A stretch of 64,000 nucleotides of DNA from Anaerolineales bacterium. GTDB lineage: Bacteria > Chloroflexota > Anaerolineae > Anaerolineales > Villigracilaceae. The translations under genes were made by a program, and so were the position numbers. This document shows, piece by piece, positions 50,286 through 59,858 of the stretch. How positions within the stretch are numbered: position 1 is the stretch's first letter; each line of letters starts with the position of its first letter. The stretch lies in contig DATJAH010000044.1 of the NCBI GenBank assembly GCA_035516425.1, positions 147 to 64,146 on the forward strand, written 5' to 3'. The notes below the pieces were generated by a model that had not been told where the DNA came from, did no database searches, and saw nothing but the letters and a program-made list of their open reading frames with translations.

Positions 50286-50359
50286 GGTCATGGCGAAGAG
50301 GCCCCAGGCCAAGATATCTGACTTCCCTGGGCCATTCGCAACAAGACGAGGAGATAACT

Positions 50360-51271
50360 ATGGATGCAGTAGTCACCGCGGGTGGGATCCCACAACCCGA
50401 TGAGCCATTATACAAATATACGCAAGGCGAATCAAAAGCGATGGTGGACGTCGCCGGCAAGCCGATGATCCAGTGGGTGCTGGATGCATTGAGCGAAGCC
50501 AAAAACGTGGATAACGTCGTCGTGACCGGCCTTTCACCGAAAAGCAATTTGAAGTGCAAGAAACCGCTTCATTATCTTTCCAACCAGGGCAAAATGCTGG
50601 ACAACCTGATTTTGGGCATGAATAAGTCGCTCGAACTCAATCCCAAAAACAAATATGTCCTGCTGGTGTCTTCTGACATTCCGGCCCTTAAGGCGGAGAT
50701 GGTGGACTGGCTGATCAATGCCTGCATGGAAACCCGCGACGACATCTATTACGGCGTCTGTCCACGCGAAGTGATGGAGATGCGTTATCCAGAATCGAAA
50801 CGAACGTATACGAAACTCAAGGACATGGAGGTTTGCGGTGCCGATATCAATGTTGCGCATGTTCGGATGGCAAACGAACACCTCGATTTGTGGAACGCAT
50901 TAATTACCAGACGTAAGAGCCCCTTAGCGCTGGCATCGGTCATGGGACCGGTCGTTTCTTATCTCTATATCACGCGGCAGCTTACCCTGGCTGACGCCCT
51001 TGACCGCATTACCAAACGCTATAACATTACAGGCCGCGCCATCGTCTGGCCTTACGCTGAGCCTTGCATGGATGTGGATAAACCCAATCAGCTGGAAATG
51101 ATGCGTGCAGATCTGGCCAAGCAGACCAGATCCGCGCCGCACAAAGCCTCTGCCAAAAAGTCTGCAGTACACCCGAAGAAAAAAGCGGCGGCAAAAAGAC
51201 CGGCCGCGCCGGCCAGGAAAAAGGCCGCCGCAAAGAAATCCAAGGCCAGACCAAAAGCCAAAAAGAAATAG
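50360..51271 (+). CDS. MobA-like nucleotidyltransferase (NTP_transf_3-like) with a Lys/Ala/Pro-rich histone-H1-like C-terminal tail
   Basis: MDAVVTAGGIPQP...K.M....GKPMIQWVLDAL N-terminus. The last ~50 aa read KKSAVHPKKKAAAKRPAAPARKKAAAKKSKARPKAKKK. Confidence 0.7.
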   Translation: MDAVVTAGGIPQPDEPLYKYTQGESKAMVDVAGKPMIQWVLDALSEAKNVDNVVVTGLSPKSNLKCKKPLHYLSNQGKMLDNLILGMNKSLELNPKNKYVLLVSSDIPALKAEMVDWLINACMETRDDIYYGVCPREVMEMRYPESKRTYTKLKDMEVCGADINVAHVRMANEHLDLWNALITRRKSPLALASVMGPVVSYLYITRQLTLADALDRITKRYNITGRAIVWPYAEPCMDVDKPNQLEMMRADLAKQTRSAPHKASAKKSAVHPKKKAAAKRPAAPARKKAAAKKSKARPKAKKK

Positions 51272-51289
51272 CCTCTTAATCTCTCGCTT

Positions 51290-51342
51290 AACATGTCACT
51301 CTGAAGCTGCAGGCCTCTCATGGCTGTTCAGAGTGACATGTT
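51290..51342 (+). terminator. Long hairpin after the nucleotidyltransferase gene
   Basis: 16-bp perfect stem AACATGTCACTCTGAA/TTCAGAGTGACATGTT with a 21-nt loop, followed by TGTT. Confidence 0.5.
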
Positions 51343-51354
51343 TGTTGACAGCCC

Positions 51355-51915
51355 ATGAACTTCACATTCCTTCTAAAACTCGATGCGCGCCTCTCGGATC
51401 AACTGCGCGTGGCAGAAAAACCCGGTGTGCTTCGGGACATTGCCATCTTCTTTGCCCATTCCGGCGACTCGTGGTTTTGGGGCGCGGCCCTGATTATCTT
51501 GTGGCGGCTCGGAAATTCGTTCTGGAAGCAATGGGCGATCCTTGAACTCGCCGACATATCTGTCCTGGCCGCGGTGGTGATGTCGCTGAAATTCATCATC
51601 CGCAGGCGGCGTCCGGAAGGCGAATGGGGAAGCATTTATCGAAACACCGATCCGCATTCCTTCCCATCCGGTCATGCCGCGCGCGCGTTTCTGATCGCGG
51701 TGGTCGCCGCGGGACTAGGTCCAAGTGGAGCCGCGTCCATTCTATGGATTTGGGCTCCACTGGTGGCGCTGGCGCGCGTCGCCATGGGAGTCCATTACGT
51801 GTCCGATATTGTGGCAGGATTTCTGGTCGGCACCGTGTTGGGATTGGTTTTTCTGCAATTCCACCAGTCATTCCTGACATGGCTGGCGATGCTCATTCAT
51901 CTTCCGCTTTGGTAG
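51355..51915 (+). CDS. PAP2 family phosphatase (undecaprenyl-diphosphatase-like)
   Basis: The three PAP2 motifs: KFIIRRRRP, PSGH and ARVAMGVHYVSD. Confidence 0.8.
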   Translation: MNFTFLLKLDARLSDQLRVAEKPGVLRDIAIFFAHSGDSWFWGAALIILWRLGNSFWKQWAILELADISVLAAVVMSLKFIIRRRRPEGEWGSIYRNTDPHSFPSGHAARAFLIAVVAAGLGPSGAASILWIWAPLVALARVAMGVHYVSDIVAGFLVGTVLGLVFLQFHQSFLTWLAMLIHLPLW

Positions 51916-51924
51916 CCGTTGTTC

Positions 51925-52392
51925 TTACTTCACCTTCTTCACCGTTGCCAAATGTTCCTCGATGTGTTTGAGACTGCGCTCAACCCATGTCTGAAGCGTC
52001 AGGCCGCCGCCCTGAGTCGCATGACGTGACTCACGCGACCACTCCGCACCGGATAAACCGCGCAACATTTCCGTTAATTCATCGATGCTGGCGACCAATT
52101 CATTCAAGATCGACGAAAGCGATTGCTTGGCATCGTAATGCGCCGCCATGTATGCATCGCCATCGAAGTTTTGAAATTCGGGATTATCCTCCTGGAGGGT
52201 GCGGCGGGCGCGCATCCCGTAGATCATCTTGTCCACATCGCGGGTATGCGCAGCCAATTGGTGCACGTTCCATCCGGCGTCAATCGGCGTAAATGGATTC
52301 TTCACTGCCAGGCAGGCGGAGCGAAATTCCCTTACCGCCTCGGGCAATCGGCCCAGTAATTGCTTGCGGTATTCAATTAATTCTTCCATCAT
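51925..52392 (-). CDS. DinB-family protein
   Basis: 155-aa four-helix pattern with His residues spaced as in DinB_2 (HQLAAHTRD ... HIEEH). Confidence 0.65.
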   Translation of the reverse strand: MMEELIEYRKQLLGRLPEAVREFRSACLAVKNPFTPIDAGWNVHQLAAHTRDVDKMIYGMRARRTLQEDNPEFQNFDGDAYMAAHYDAKQSLSSILNELVASIDELTEMLRGLSGAEWSRESRHATQGGGLTLQTWVERSLKHIEEHLATVKKVK

Positions 52393-53051
52393 GCCTCCAC
52401 ATTGACAATCTGCCCATTCAACGATGCATTATGGGATAAATACAATACGGCCTCAACAAAACTGGACGGAACATTGGCGTCTGAGTTCTGATACTTTTCC
52501 AATCCTGCCCCAACCGCATGAACGCGGATGCCAAACGGCGAGAGTTCCTCTTCGGCGCTGCGAGTCAGCGCGAGCAAGCCATGCATGCTTGCAAGATACG
52601 CCCCTTCTTTCTGCGCCTCGGATGGACTCGCCATAACCAAATTGATGATCACACCGGATCCCTTTTCCCTCATCACGCGCCCTACTGATTGCATCATCAA
52701 GAACGCACCCGTGAGATTGACATCCAAGACTCGATGCCAATCCCATTCGTCCATATCGAGTAAACCTACGCGCGGCTCGACCGCGGCGTGATTGATCAGG
52801 ATATCGATCCTGCCGAAATCATCTTCCGCCTGTTTAACAACAGTTTGCGCGCCGACTTTCTTGGCGACATCATCCACATAGGCTTTGATACGCCCATTGT
52901 GCTGGGCCGCTAACGGATCGAGATTGACCGGAGAAATATCGTTCACCGCCACGCACGCACCGCGCGCTGCGAATGCCTCGGCTAGAGCGTGTCCATGCCC
53001 CCTGCCAGCGCCCGTGATCAAAACTACTTTGTCGCTGAATTCATCCGGCAT
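52389..53051 (-). CDS. Short-chain dehydrogenase/reductase-fold protein with an atypical active site
   Basis: TGAGRGHG cofactor motif and NHAA. The catalytic box reads YLASM instead of YxxxK. Confidence 0.75.
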   Translation of the reverse strand: MPDEFSDKVVLITGAGRGHGHALAEAFAARGACVAVNDISPVNLDPLAAQHNGRIKAYVDDVAKKVGAQTVVKQAEDDFGRIDILINHAAVEPRVGLLDMDEWDWHRVLDVNLTGAFLMMQSVGRVMREKGSGVIINLVMASPSEAQKEGAYLASMHGLLALTRSAEEELSPFGIRVHAVGAGLEKYQNSDANVPSSFVEAVLYLSHNASLNGQIVNVEA

Positions 53052-53115
53052 GATGCCGTCATCATATCAGCAATTGATGCCATTGCGCGGAGGAACAATC
53101 CCATTGGGACGCTGC

Positions 53116-53144
53116 TTGACCGACGGTGTGCCTCACGGTAAAAT
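53116..53144 (+). promoter_or_regulatory. Sigma70-type promoter placed for a tRNA transcript
   Basis: TTGACC, 17 nt, TAAAAT, ending 9 nt before tRNA position +1 (53154). Confidence 0.5.
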
Positions 53145-53153
53145 CATCTCATT

Positions 53154-53209
53154 GCGGGAGTCGCCAAGCGGTAAGGCGTCAGCCTTCCAAGCTGATATTC
53201 GCGGGTTCG
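53154..53209 (+). repeat. Left direct repeat (attL-like): nt 1-56 of tRNA-Gly(UCC), not a functional tRNA
   Basis: 56/56 identity to 61569-61624. After GGGTTCG the sequence diverges, and there is no 3' acceptor strand. Confidence 0.85.
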
Positions 53210-53283
53210 GTCCCCACGTTGGTAGCACCCATATCCAGAAACTCATTTGAAACCGTCATCCAACCCACAGGAGGCGGTTCTTT

Positions 53284-54207
53284 ATGGCTATTTCCAAGGA
53301 CACAAAGCAAGGATGGGCATCAGCCTCGAGCGCGCTGAGTGAGGCATTGACAGACTTCATTCTGTCACGGCAGGCTATGTTGTGTTCACAAAGAACGTTG
53401 GCATGGTACAGCTTTACATTGGGGAAATTCATGCAGTGGCTGGAAGACAATGGCGCGACAACGGCTCAGGAGATCACGGCGAAGCATGTCAGAGCCTACT
53501 TGGCCAGTCTGGCCGAACGGAGACTAGAGGACAGCACCATCAATAACCACGGCCGGGCAATCCGAACCCTGCTGCGTTTCTTCCATGCCGAGAAATATAT
53601 CCGCGAACCCATCACCTTTCAGATCCCGTCGATCGCTGAAAAGCGGCTCCCCTGTCTATCCGGGGAAGCAGTAACGCAACTATTGGATGCCTGCCAATTA
53701 CCCCGAGACAGGGCTCTTCTTCTTCTGATGGTGGACACAGGCCTGCGAAGAGCTGAATTGTGTGCTCTGAACTGGGAGGATATGGACATAGCGACGGGCG
53801 TTGTGCGAGTTGTGCGCGGAAAAGGCGGGAAAGCCAGGAGCGTGGTGGTGGGCGTTTCCACTCGGAGAGCGCTACTAGCCTACCGCAGATCCTTGACAAC
53901 GACCGACGAAAAACCGGTCTTCCAAACAAGCAGTGGCGGCCGCCTGTCTTTCAATGGTTTGCGGTCGCTGCTGCTGAGGCTGGGCAAACGAGCCGGCGTC
54001 AAGGTATCCCCGCATGCGCTTCGGCGAACTTTCGCGACCCTGTCGCTCCGAGCCGGCATGAACTTGATCCATCTCCAAGGTCTGATGGGGCATTCCACCA
54101 TCGAGATGACGAAGCACTATGTTCAGCTTCTTGATGAAGATCTTGTGCAAGCACATCGGGCTCATGGACCCATCGACAACTTGCTGCGCAAAGAAAGGAA
54201 CGATTAG
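53284..54207 (+). CDS. Tyrosine recombinase / integrase (XerC/D-like, complete catalytic set)
   Basis: GLRRAE (Arg-I), GKGGKAR (Lys), HALRRTFAT (HxxR), GHSTIEMTKHY (His, Tyr). AGGAGG RBS. Confidence 0.85.
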   Translation: MAISKDTKQGWASASSALSEALTDFILSRQAMLCSQRTLAWYSFTLGKFMQWLEDNGATTAQEITAKHVRAYLASLAERRLEDSTINNHGRAIRTLLRFFHAEKYIREPITFQIPSIAEKRLPCLSGEAVTQLLDACQLPRDRALLLLMVDTGLRRAELCALNWEDMDIATGVVRVVRGKGGKARSVVVGVSTRRALLAYRRSLTTTDEKPVFQTSSGGRLSFNGLRSLLLRLGKRAGVKVSPHALRRTFATLSLRAGMNLIHLQGLMGHSTIEMTKHYVQLLDEDLVQAHRAHGPIDNLLRKERND

Positions 54208-54487
54208 AGGCACAAGACAAGAGGGCGGCGCGCCTGGAGCAGTAAGCTTGTGCGTGGCCGGAAGCAATCTGTGCAACGAAAGATGGCCGCTTGGCCTTCA
54301 GTGCTTCGGCATGCCTGTATCGAGAGGCCAGCTGGCGTTCAAACGTACGCCGGTTCTCATGCAGTGTCCTTTTGCAAGTACCAACCGAGAAATATTACAT
54401 TTGTCTTGATTTCGCGTTCAAATTGCACTTTCATTTGCGTTGCCATCAAATCAATAATGAAAAGGTAGGGAAAGGAGAGTGGATATC

Positions 54488-57400
54488 ATGGACACGAAAT
54501 TTCGATGGGCCACTTTTGCACTGACTGTGTTGTTGGCAGTTGCCCTGAGCGCGATGGCAGCAGCGCCTGTGCTGGCGGATGGCGGCACAACGCCGCCCCA
54601 GCCGACAGGCAGGACCGCTAGGAAGGGATCTTCGCCGACCACCACCGGCCAGGTGCCCGCGGGGACCAAAATCGTGATTTTGGACACCAACGGAAACAAG
54701 GTCGTGATGGGAACACAGGAGGCCGAGCAAATCCTAGCAAGTGGTGATCCTGTCTGGTGTCCGGCCACGCTGGCGGCGCCGTCCCCTGGTACGGGAGGAT
54801 GTACAAGTCCTGGCGGATCGACCTATGATGCGGACAGTCTTGTCAGCCTGCTGAACTACCTAGCCAAAAACCAATCGCTGTTTGCCAAGAACGGGACGAT
54901 CTGGATTGAAGCCTCTTATAACAGCGGGTCAGCAAGCTCTCCAGATTATGGGGTGACCGCATTTACGTTGGACGGCGATGCTGGTTTCGGTACCATGAAG
55001 AACTTTTCCTTGACCATTCAAGGCGGCTGGATTGGCACGCCGGGGAGCCATGAGATCACAGGTCAATCGGAATTTGATGGCACGCTGAACATCCTGCACT
55101 GGAATGGAAATGTCACGGTGAACGATGTATTGATACAGAACACCACGACCGGCGATGCCCTGACTATTTCCACAACCAAGAACATTGTGCTAGGTGGAGC
55201 CAAAGGGGTGGAGGCGAACTACAACACGGGCGGGAAAGGCGCTAGCTTGGACAACACAAGTGGCACCGGAACGGTGACCGTGAACAACAGCGAATTTGAC
55301 GGGAACTCAGATGACGGTCTTCAGGTCCTCAGCCGTGGAGCGATAGCCGTCGACAACTTGAAGGCTGTCAGCAACGGCGAGACCGGAGCGTACCTGGACA
55401 ATTGTCAGTCCTATCAGTACGATACAGCTAATGACCTGTGGAAATGCTCGACCTTGGCTGCATCTGGTGTTACGTTGAGCGGCAACAACTACTTTGACGG
55501 CAATGGCCAGGATGGGCTCGAAGTCTACAGCAACGGCGCGATCGCTGCGCACAATCTGGTGGCGGGCGACACCCTGGGCAACCTAGTGGACGGGGCATAC
55601 CTTGATAATTGCCAATTTGGTGATCCGACAAATTGGACAGTTGGATGTACGGTGGCCGGCGCGCCACCCGTGACATTGACCGGGACGAACCAGTTTGACA
55701 ACAACGGAGAAAGGGGCTTGGCTGTCGAGACCACAGGAAATATCACAACGAATAACCTCACGGCCGTGAACAACGGAGCAAATACCGTTGGTTCGGGAGG
55801 CGTCTCACTCCAGAACTGCCAGGAGTACGAGTACAATACTGACCTGGCCTACTGGAAGTGTTCTGTGTCCACGCCACATACGGTGACACTAACTGGCCAA
55901 AATCTCTTCGAAGACAACGGCGTTGACGGCGTGGACATCGCTAGTACCGGTGCGATTACGATCAATGCACTTACCGCATCCGGTAACGGTAGCAACGTCT
56001 CATCGCCCTACTTGGAAACAGAGCAAACCGGCGGCGTAGGTGCTGCGATAGGAAACTGCACTTGGGACGGCGGGACCGACAAATGCGACGGAAGCGGAAA
56101 CGTCACACTCACGGGCACAACCACGCTGAATGGAAATCACTCCGCTTACATCGAACCGGGTATCTATGATCAACCCTCAGCTGCCCTGACAATCAACAGC
56201 AGTGGGGCCATAAGCATTCAGGACGTGACATCGACCCACGACTATCGGGGCGCCGGCGCCTGGTTGGACAATTGTAATAACGTTGATGGCACAGGTTGCG
56301 GCACCGCTGCGGCATATCCAGTCACGGTTGCGTCTGGCACGTTCAATGGGAACGCCACCGATGGTTTGGACATTGACAGCAACGGAGACGTTGCGCTTGA
56401 GAATATCACCGCCGGAGTTGCTGGGCTTGGTAACGGTGGCAACGGGGCTCTCGTGGACAATTGCCAGGCCAACTACGTTGAACAGTGCACGGTTCCAGTT
56501 GGCCAGTCGGTTTCCCTTACGGGCACCAACACATTCGCGGACAACGGCTATTACGGACTGGATGTTAATAGTAACGGCAATATCTTCGCTAGCAACCTGG
56601 TCGCCACGGACAACGGAACCGGTGGGATAGTGCTGCTCAATAACGGGCACGATGGGAAGCAAAACATCACGCTTGCGGGCTACACCAGGGCCGACAACAA
56701 CCGCGGCGACGACGGCCTAGGCATTTCAACTGATGGTAATGTCGCGGCCAGCAATCTGGAGGCCTCAGGCAACCAGCGGCAGGGCGTTTTGATCATGGCC
56801 GATGAAGTTGTCCTGGCTGGTACGAACACATTTGAAAACAATGCTGCAGAGGGGTTGGATGTTGCGTCCTTCGGAGGCGCGACCATCAAGAATGTCAGTA
56901 CGAGCGGTAACGGCATAGGGCTGTATGTGGACGCCGGAGGCCCAATTGCGGTCTATAACATTACGGCCAAGGCAAACCTCGGCGGGGATGGCGTCCACCT
57001 GGATAACTGCAACGATTTCGGTGGGGAAGGATGCAGCACAGCAGGCGGACAACCTGTTACCTTACTTGGCACCAATGTATTTGACGACAACCACGGCATG
57101 GGTTTGGAAGTGGAAAGCTACGGGAGCATTACTACCAGCAACCTCGAGGCCAGTGGCAACACTGGGTCAGGCGTACATCTGGAAAATGATTACGTCTTCT
57201 ACAACTTGTATGGCATCAAGAACGATGGTACCCAGTCCAATGGCCTAGTGACGCTCACCGGAACCAACTTATTTTCCGGCAACTTGGAGGGCCTGATCGT
57301 GGATAGTTACGGCGCGATCAAAGCCGGCAACGTGAACGCGATTTCCAATGCTGGAGATGGCGCCTACTTTACGAACTCCGGCCCCGCCAAAGCCCAATCC

Positions 57401-58600
57401 ATCACGCTGACAAACAGCAACTCCTTTTCCTACAATGACGATAACGGGTTGGAAGTTCATTCCAACGGCGCGATTAACGTAAGCAGTATCACGGCCGATG
57501 CAAATACGGGAGGTGATGGTGTTCTCCTGGACAATTGTGGAGAGGCTGCTCCTCTAACTCCGCCCTGCACCATAAAAACAGCCCGGGCCATTACATTGAC
57601 TGGCAGTGACGTGTTCAACGGCAATAAGTACAATGGTTTGGAGATAAATAGCGGCGGATCAATCGCTGTGAACACAACAGCCCTGATTGCCAACGCCGAC
57701 GGAGTGAGCGGTTCTGCAGGCAGTGGCGTTGCTTTGAATAACGCCGGCGCGGCTACGCCAATGTCAGTGACCGTCAATGGCACTAGTTTCTTTGACGGCG
57801 ACTTTGGCAACGGTATGTATATCCTTTTCAGGGGCGCCATCACAACCAACAACATTACGGCGATAAACACGGTTACGCAATCAGGTCTGGTGTTTGATAA
57901 TTCCGTACTGGACTATCCTGGCGCAGTGGGCAGCGTGACCATGAATGGAACGAACGTAGTAGACGACGATGCGCTTAATGGCGTGGCGATTTCGTCAGCC
58001 GGTGCGATCACGGTCGACAACGTAACTGTGGACGGCAACCAGATGAGCGGCCTTTGGCTGGATAACTGTATGGAGGCTACGCTCGGAACTCCGCCCTGTA
58101 CAACACCTACAGCCCAGACTGTCATTTTGAATAATGTCGTCGCCAATAATAATGGCGTCGCAGGCAAATTTAATGGCATTGAAGTAATGAGCAAAGGCAC
58201 AATCAAAGCTAAGAATATCACAGCCAGTGGCAACACCGGGAATGGCGCAAGTCTCGATAACAGTCAAGGTTCGTCCCTTGCCGCGGTGATATTTGCCGGA
58301 GCCAACTTCTTCAATGCCAATACTAGCGGTGATGGCTTGTTGATCAAATCTCACGGCCCGGTGTCGCTAACCAAGATCACAGCCAACTTGAACAGCGCCG
58401 ACGGATTGAATGTCACTACGCCGTCCACCTTAACGCTCACGTGCGGCACCTTCGTGAACAACGCCGGATACGGCGTCAATCTGGATACGGGTCTGAGCGC
58501 GACCCTGAATGGTGTCGTGTTTATTAATGACACGGCTGGCAATACGAACCAGACAGGCGGCGGAGCACCGATCATAACCTCCACCTGCACGCTACCTTAA
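54488..58600 (+). CDS. Giant secreted right-handed beta-helix-type repeat protein
   Basis: Signal peptide ...AAAPVLADG, then about 18 degenerate 45-80-aa units (G-L/V-x-V-x-S-x-G-x-I...N-L/I-T-A..N...VTLTG.N.F..N). Nine units contain an N-C...C loop. The ORF is also open from GTG 54479. Confidence 0.8.
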   Translation: MDTKFRWATFALTVLLAVALSAMAAAPVLADGGTTPPQPTGRTARKGSSPTTTGQVPAGTKIVILDTNGNKVVMGTQEAEQILASGDPVWCPATLAAPSPGTGGCTSPGGSTYDADSLVSLLNYLAKNQSLFAKNGTIWIEASYNSGSASSPDYGVTAFTLDGDAGFGTMKNFSLTIQGGWIGTPGSHEITGQSEFDGTLNILHWNGNVTVNDVLIQNTTTGDALTISTTKNIVLGGAKGVEANYNTGGKGASLDNTSGTGTVTVNNSEFDGNSDDGLQVLSRGAIAVDNLKAVSNGETGAYLDNCQSYQYDTANDLWKCSTLAASGVTLSGNNYFDGNGQDGLEVYSNGAIAAHNLVAGDTLGNLVDGAYLDNCQFGDPTNWTVGCTVAGAPPVTLTGTNQFDNNGERGLAVETTGNITTNNLTAVNNGANTVGSGGVSLQNCQEYEYNTDLAYWKCSVSTPHTVTLTGQNLFEDNGVDGVDIASTGAITINALTASGNGSNVSSPYLETEQTGGVGAAIGNCTWDGGTDKCDGSGNVTLTGTTTLNGNHSAYIEPGIYDQPSAALTINSSGAISIQDVTSTHDYRGAGAWLDNCNNVDGTGCGTAAAYPVTVASGTFNGNATDGLDIDSNGDVALENITAGVAGLGNGGNGALVDNCQANYVEQCTVPVGQSVSLTGTNTFADNGYYGLDVNSNGNIFASNLVATDNGTGGIVLLNNGHDGKQNITLAGYTRADNNRGDDGLGISTDGNVAASNLEASGNQRQGVLIMADEVVLAGTNTFENNAAEGLDVASFGGATIKNVSTSGNGIGLYVDAGGPIAVYNITAKANLGGDGVHLDNCNDFGGEGCSTAGGQPVTLLGTNVFDDNHGMGLEVESYGSITTSNLEASGNTGSGVHLENDYVFYNLYGIKNDGTQSNGLVTLTGTNLFSGNLEGLIVDSYGAIKAGNVNAISNAGDGAYFTNSGPAKAQSITLTNSNSFSYNDDNGLEVHSNGAINVSSITADANTGGDGVLLDNCGEAAPLTPPCTIKTARAITLTGSDVFNGNKYNGLEINSGGSIAVNTTALIANADGVSGSAGSGVALNNAGAATPMSVTVNGTSFFDGDFGNGMYILFRGAITTNNITAINTVTQSGLVFDNSVLDYPGAVGSVTMNGTNVVDDDALNGVAISSAGAITVDNVTVDGNQMSGLWLDNCMEATLGTPPCTTPTAQTVILNNVVANNNGVAGKFNGIEVMSKGTIKAKNITASGNTGNGASLDNSQGSSLAAVIFAGANFFNANTSGDGLLIKSHGPVSLTKITANLNSADGLNVTTPSTLTLTCGTFVNNAGYGVNLDTGLSATLNGVVFINDTAGNTNQTGGGAPIITSTCTLP

Positions 58601-58653
58601 CAGTGCTCGCACCTCAATCGAGTAGAGGGCAGTGATTAACTGCCCCCTCTCAC

Positions 58654-58685
58654 ACCACCGAGCATGCGGGGCCGCACTCGGCGGT
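58654..58685 (-). ncRNA. Group II intron domain V-like hairpin
   Basis: Minus strand reads ACCGCCGAG-UGC-GGCCCC-GCA-UG-CUCGGUGGU: a 9-bp lower stem, a 2-nt 3' bulge, a 3-bp upper stem, and CGC in the triad position. It starts 3 nt after the RT stop. Confidence 0.5.
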
Positions 58686-58688
58686 TCA

Positions 58689-59858
58689 TCAAGTAAAACG
58701 CAGTTCGTGATACCGTTTGTTGATACTCTTCAACCCTGAGGTATGCCAATAGACATTGCTGAGGGCTTCTTTCGTCACAGGGTTGTTGGCCATTCGCCAG
58801 GGGCTTGTGCCTCCAGCTCCTTCTTGTGCCCATTGTTTCGGAACACCCAGCTTCACGAGTTCCCGATAGCGAGTTGTGCCGCGCTTCCAGCGTTTCCAGA
58901 TTAGTTGCCTTAGCCGTCGTCTTATCCATTGATCCAGTTCTTCAAAGATACTCGGGGTATCCGCCAGCCGGTAATATCCAATCCAGCCGATAACATAGCG
59001 GTTGATTTCTTTCAGGATTTGTTCCAATGTGCCGCTCCGAGTACGCTTAGTCAGGATGCGTAGCCTCTCCATAAAGCGTTCTTTTGTTTCGTTCGCGATG
59101 CGGATCAATACAATCCCTTTCCGTTTGAAGAAACTGAACCCAAGAGTTTTCACCTTCACTGCTCTTTCCACCTTACTTTTCTTGGGATTAACTTTCAGCT
59201 TGAGCTTCTTTTCCAGAAATCCTTTCACGCTTTCCATGACCCGTTCCCCAGCACGCTGCGTCTTGACATAAATGTTGCAGTCATCAGCGTAGCGTACAAA
59301 CTTATGCCCACGTTTCTCCAATTCCTTATCCAGATCATCCAGCATGATGTTAGAGAGTAATGGTGAGAGTGGCCCGCCTTGCGGCACGCCTTCTTCCACA
59401 TTAATTACTACCCCATTGATCATCACGCCTGATCCCAGATAGGCTCGGATTAGTTTCAGCACTCGTTTGTCTTTCACTATCCGTGCAACACGGGCCATCA
59501 GCATATCGTGGTTCACCCGATCAAAGTATTTCTCTAGATCGATGTCCACACACCATTCGTATCCTTCCTGCACGTACGCTTGGGCTTGCCTCACGGCTCC
59601 ATGTGCACTGCGGCCAGGTCGAAACCCATAACTGTGTTCCGAGAACAGCGGTTCAAAGATCGGAACCAGCTCCTGTGATATCGCTTGTTGGAGAAAGCGA
59701 TCCAACACATTCGGTATCCCTAGCTGCCTGACCCCTCCGTCTGGCTTGGCTATCTCAACTCGCCTGACTGCGCTGGGTCGGTAGCTTCCGCTTTCAAGAG
59801 CTGTCCTGATCTCCAACCAATGTTCCTTCAGGTACGGGCGAAGTTCTTTCACCGTCAT
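58689..59858 (-). CDS. Group II intron reverse transcriptase/maturase, N-terminally truncated
   Basis: RRVEIAKPDGGVRQLGIP, SYGFRPGRSAH, DLEKYFD, GVPQGGPLSPLL, RYADDCNIYV, then an X/maturase block GWIGYYRLAD...WIRRRLRQLIWKRWK. No En domain. The consensus ...NKGxxGVDG before MTVxEL is absent. Confidence 0.85.
   Translation of the reverse strand: MTVKELRPYLKEHWLEIRTALESGSYRPSAVRRVEIAKPDGGVRQLGIPNVLDRFLQQAISQELVPIFEPLFSEHSYGFRPGRSAHGAVRQAQAYVQEGYEWCVDIDLEKYFDRVNHDMLMARVARIVKDKRVLKLIRAYLGSGVMINGVVINVEEGVPQGGPLSPLLSNIMLDDLDKELEKRGHKFVRYADDCNIYVKTQRAGERVMESVKGFLEKKLKLKVNPKKSKVERAVKVKTLGFSFFKRKGIVLIRIANETKERFMERLRILTKRTRSGTLEQILKEINRYVIGWIGYYRLADTPSIFEELDQWIRRRLRQLIWKRWKRGTTRYRELVKLGVPKQWAQEGAGGTSPWRMANNPVTKEALSNVYWHTSGLKSINKRYHELRFT

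Noticed and set aside
53154-53230. Left tRNA-Gly copy as a second functional tRNA gene.
   Set aside because: After position 56 the T loop reads TTCGGTC, with the conserved A58 lost. The T stem closes with a mismatch. No sequence complementary to the acceptor 5' strand follows.
54488-58600. Periodic structure in the giant gene as a possible nucleotide tandem repeat or CRISPR-like array.
   Set aside because: The periodicity is at the protein level only. Units vary from 45 to 80 aa and the DNA copies are highly diverged. There are no short identical direct repeats with unique spacers.
58624-58650. Hairpin AGAGGGCAG-TGATTAA-CTGCCCCCTCT as an intrinsic terminator of the giant gene.
   Set aside because: There is no U-tract on either strand. 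Its position right after the domain-V-like hairpin fits intron domain VI better. It may still act as a transcription barrier.
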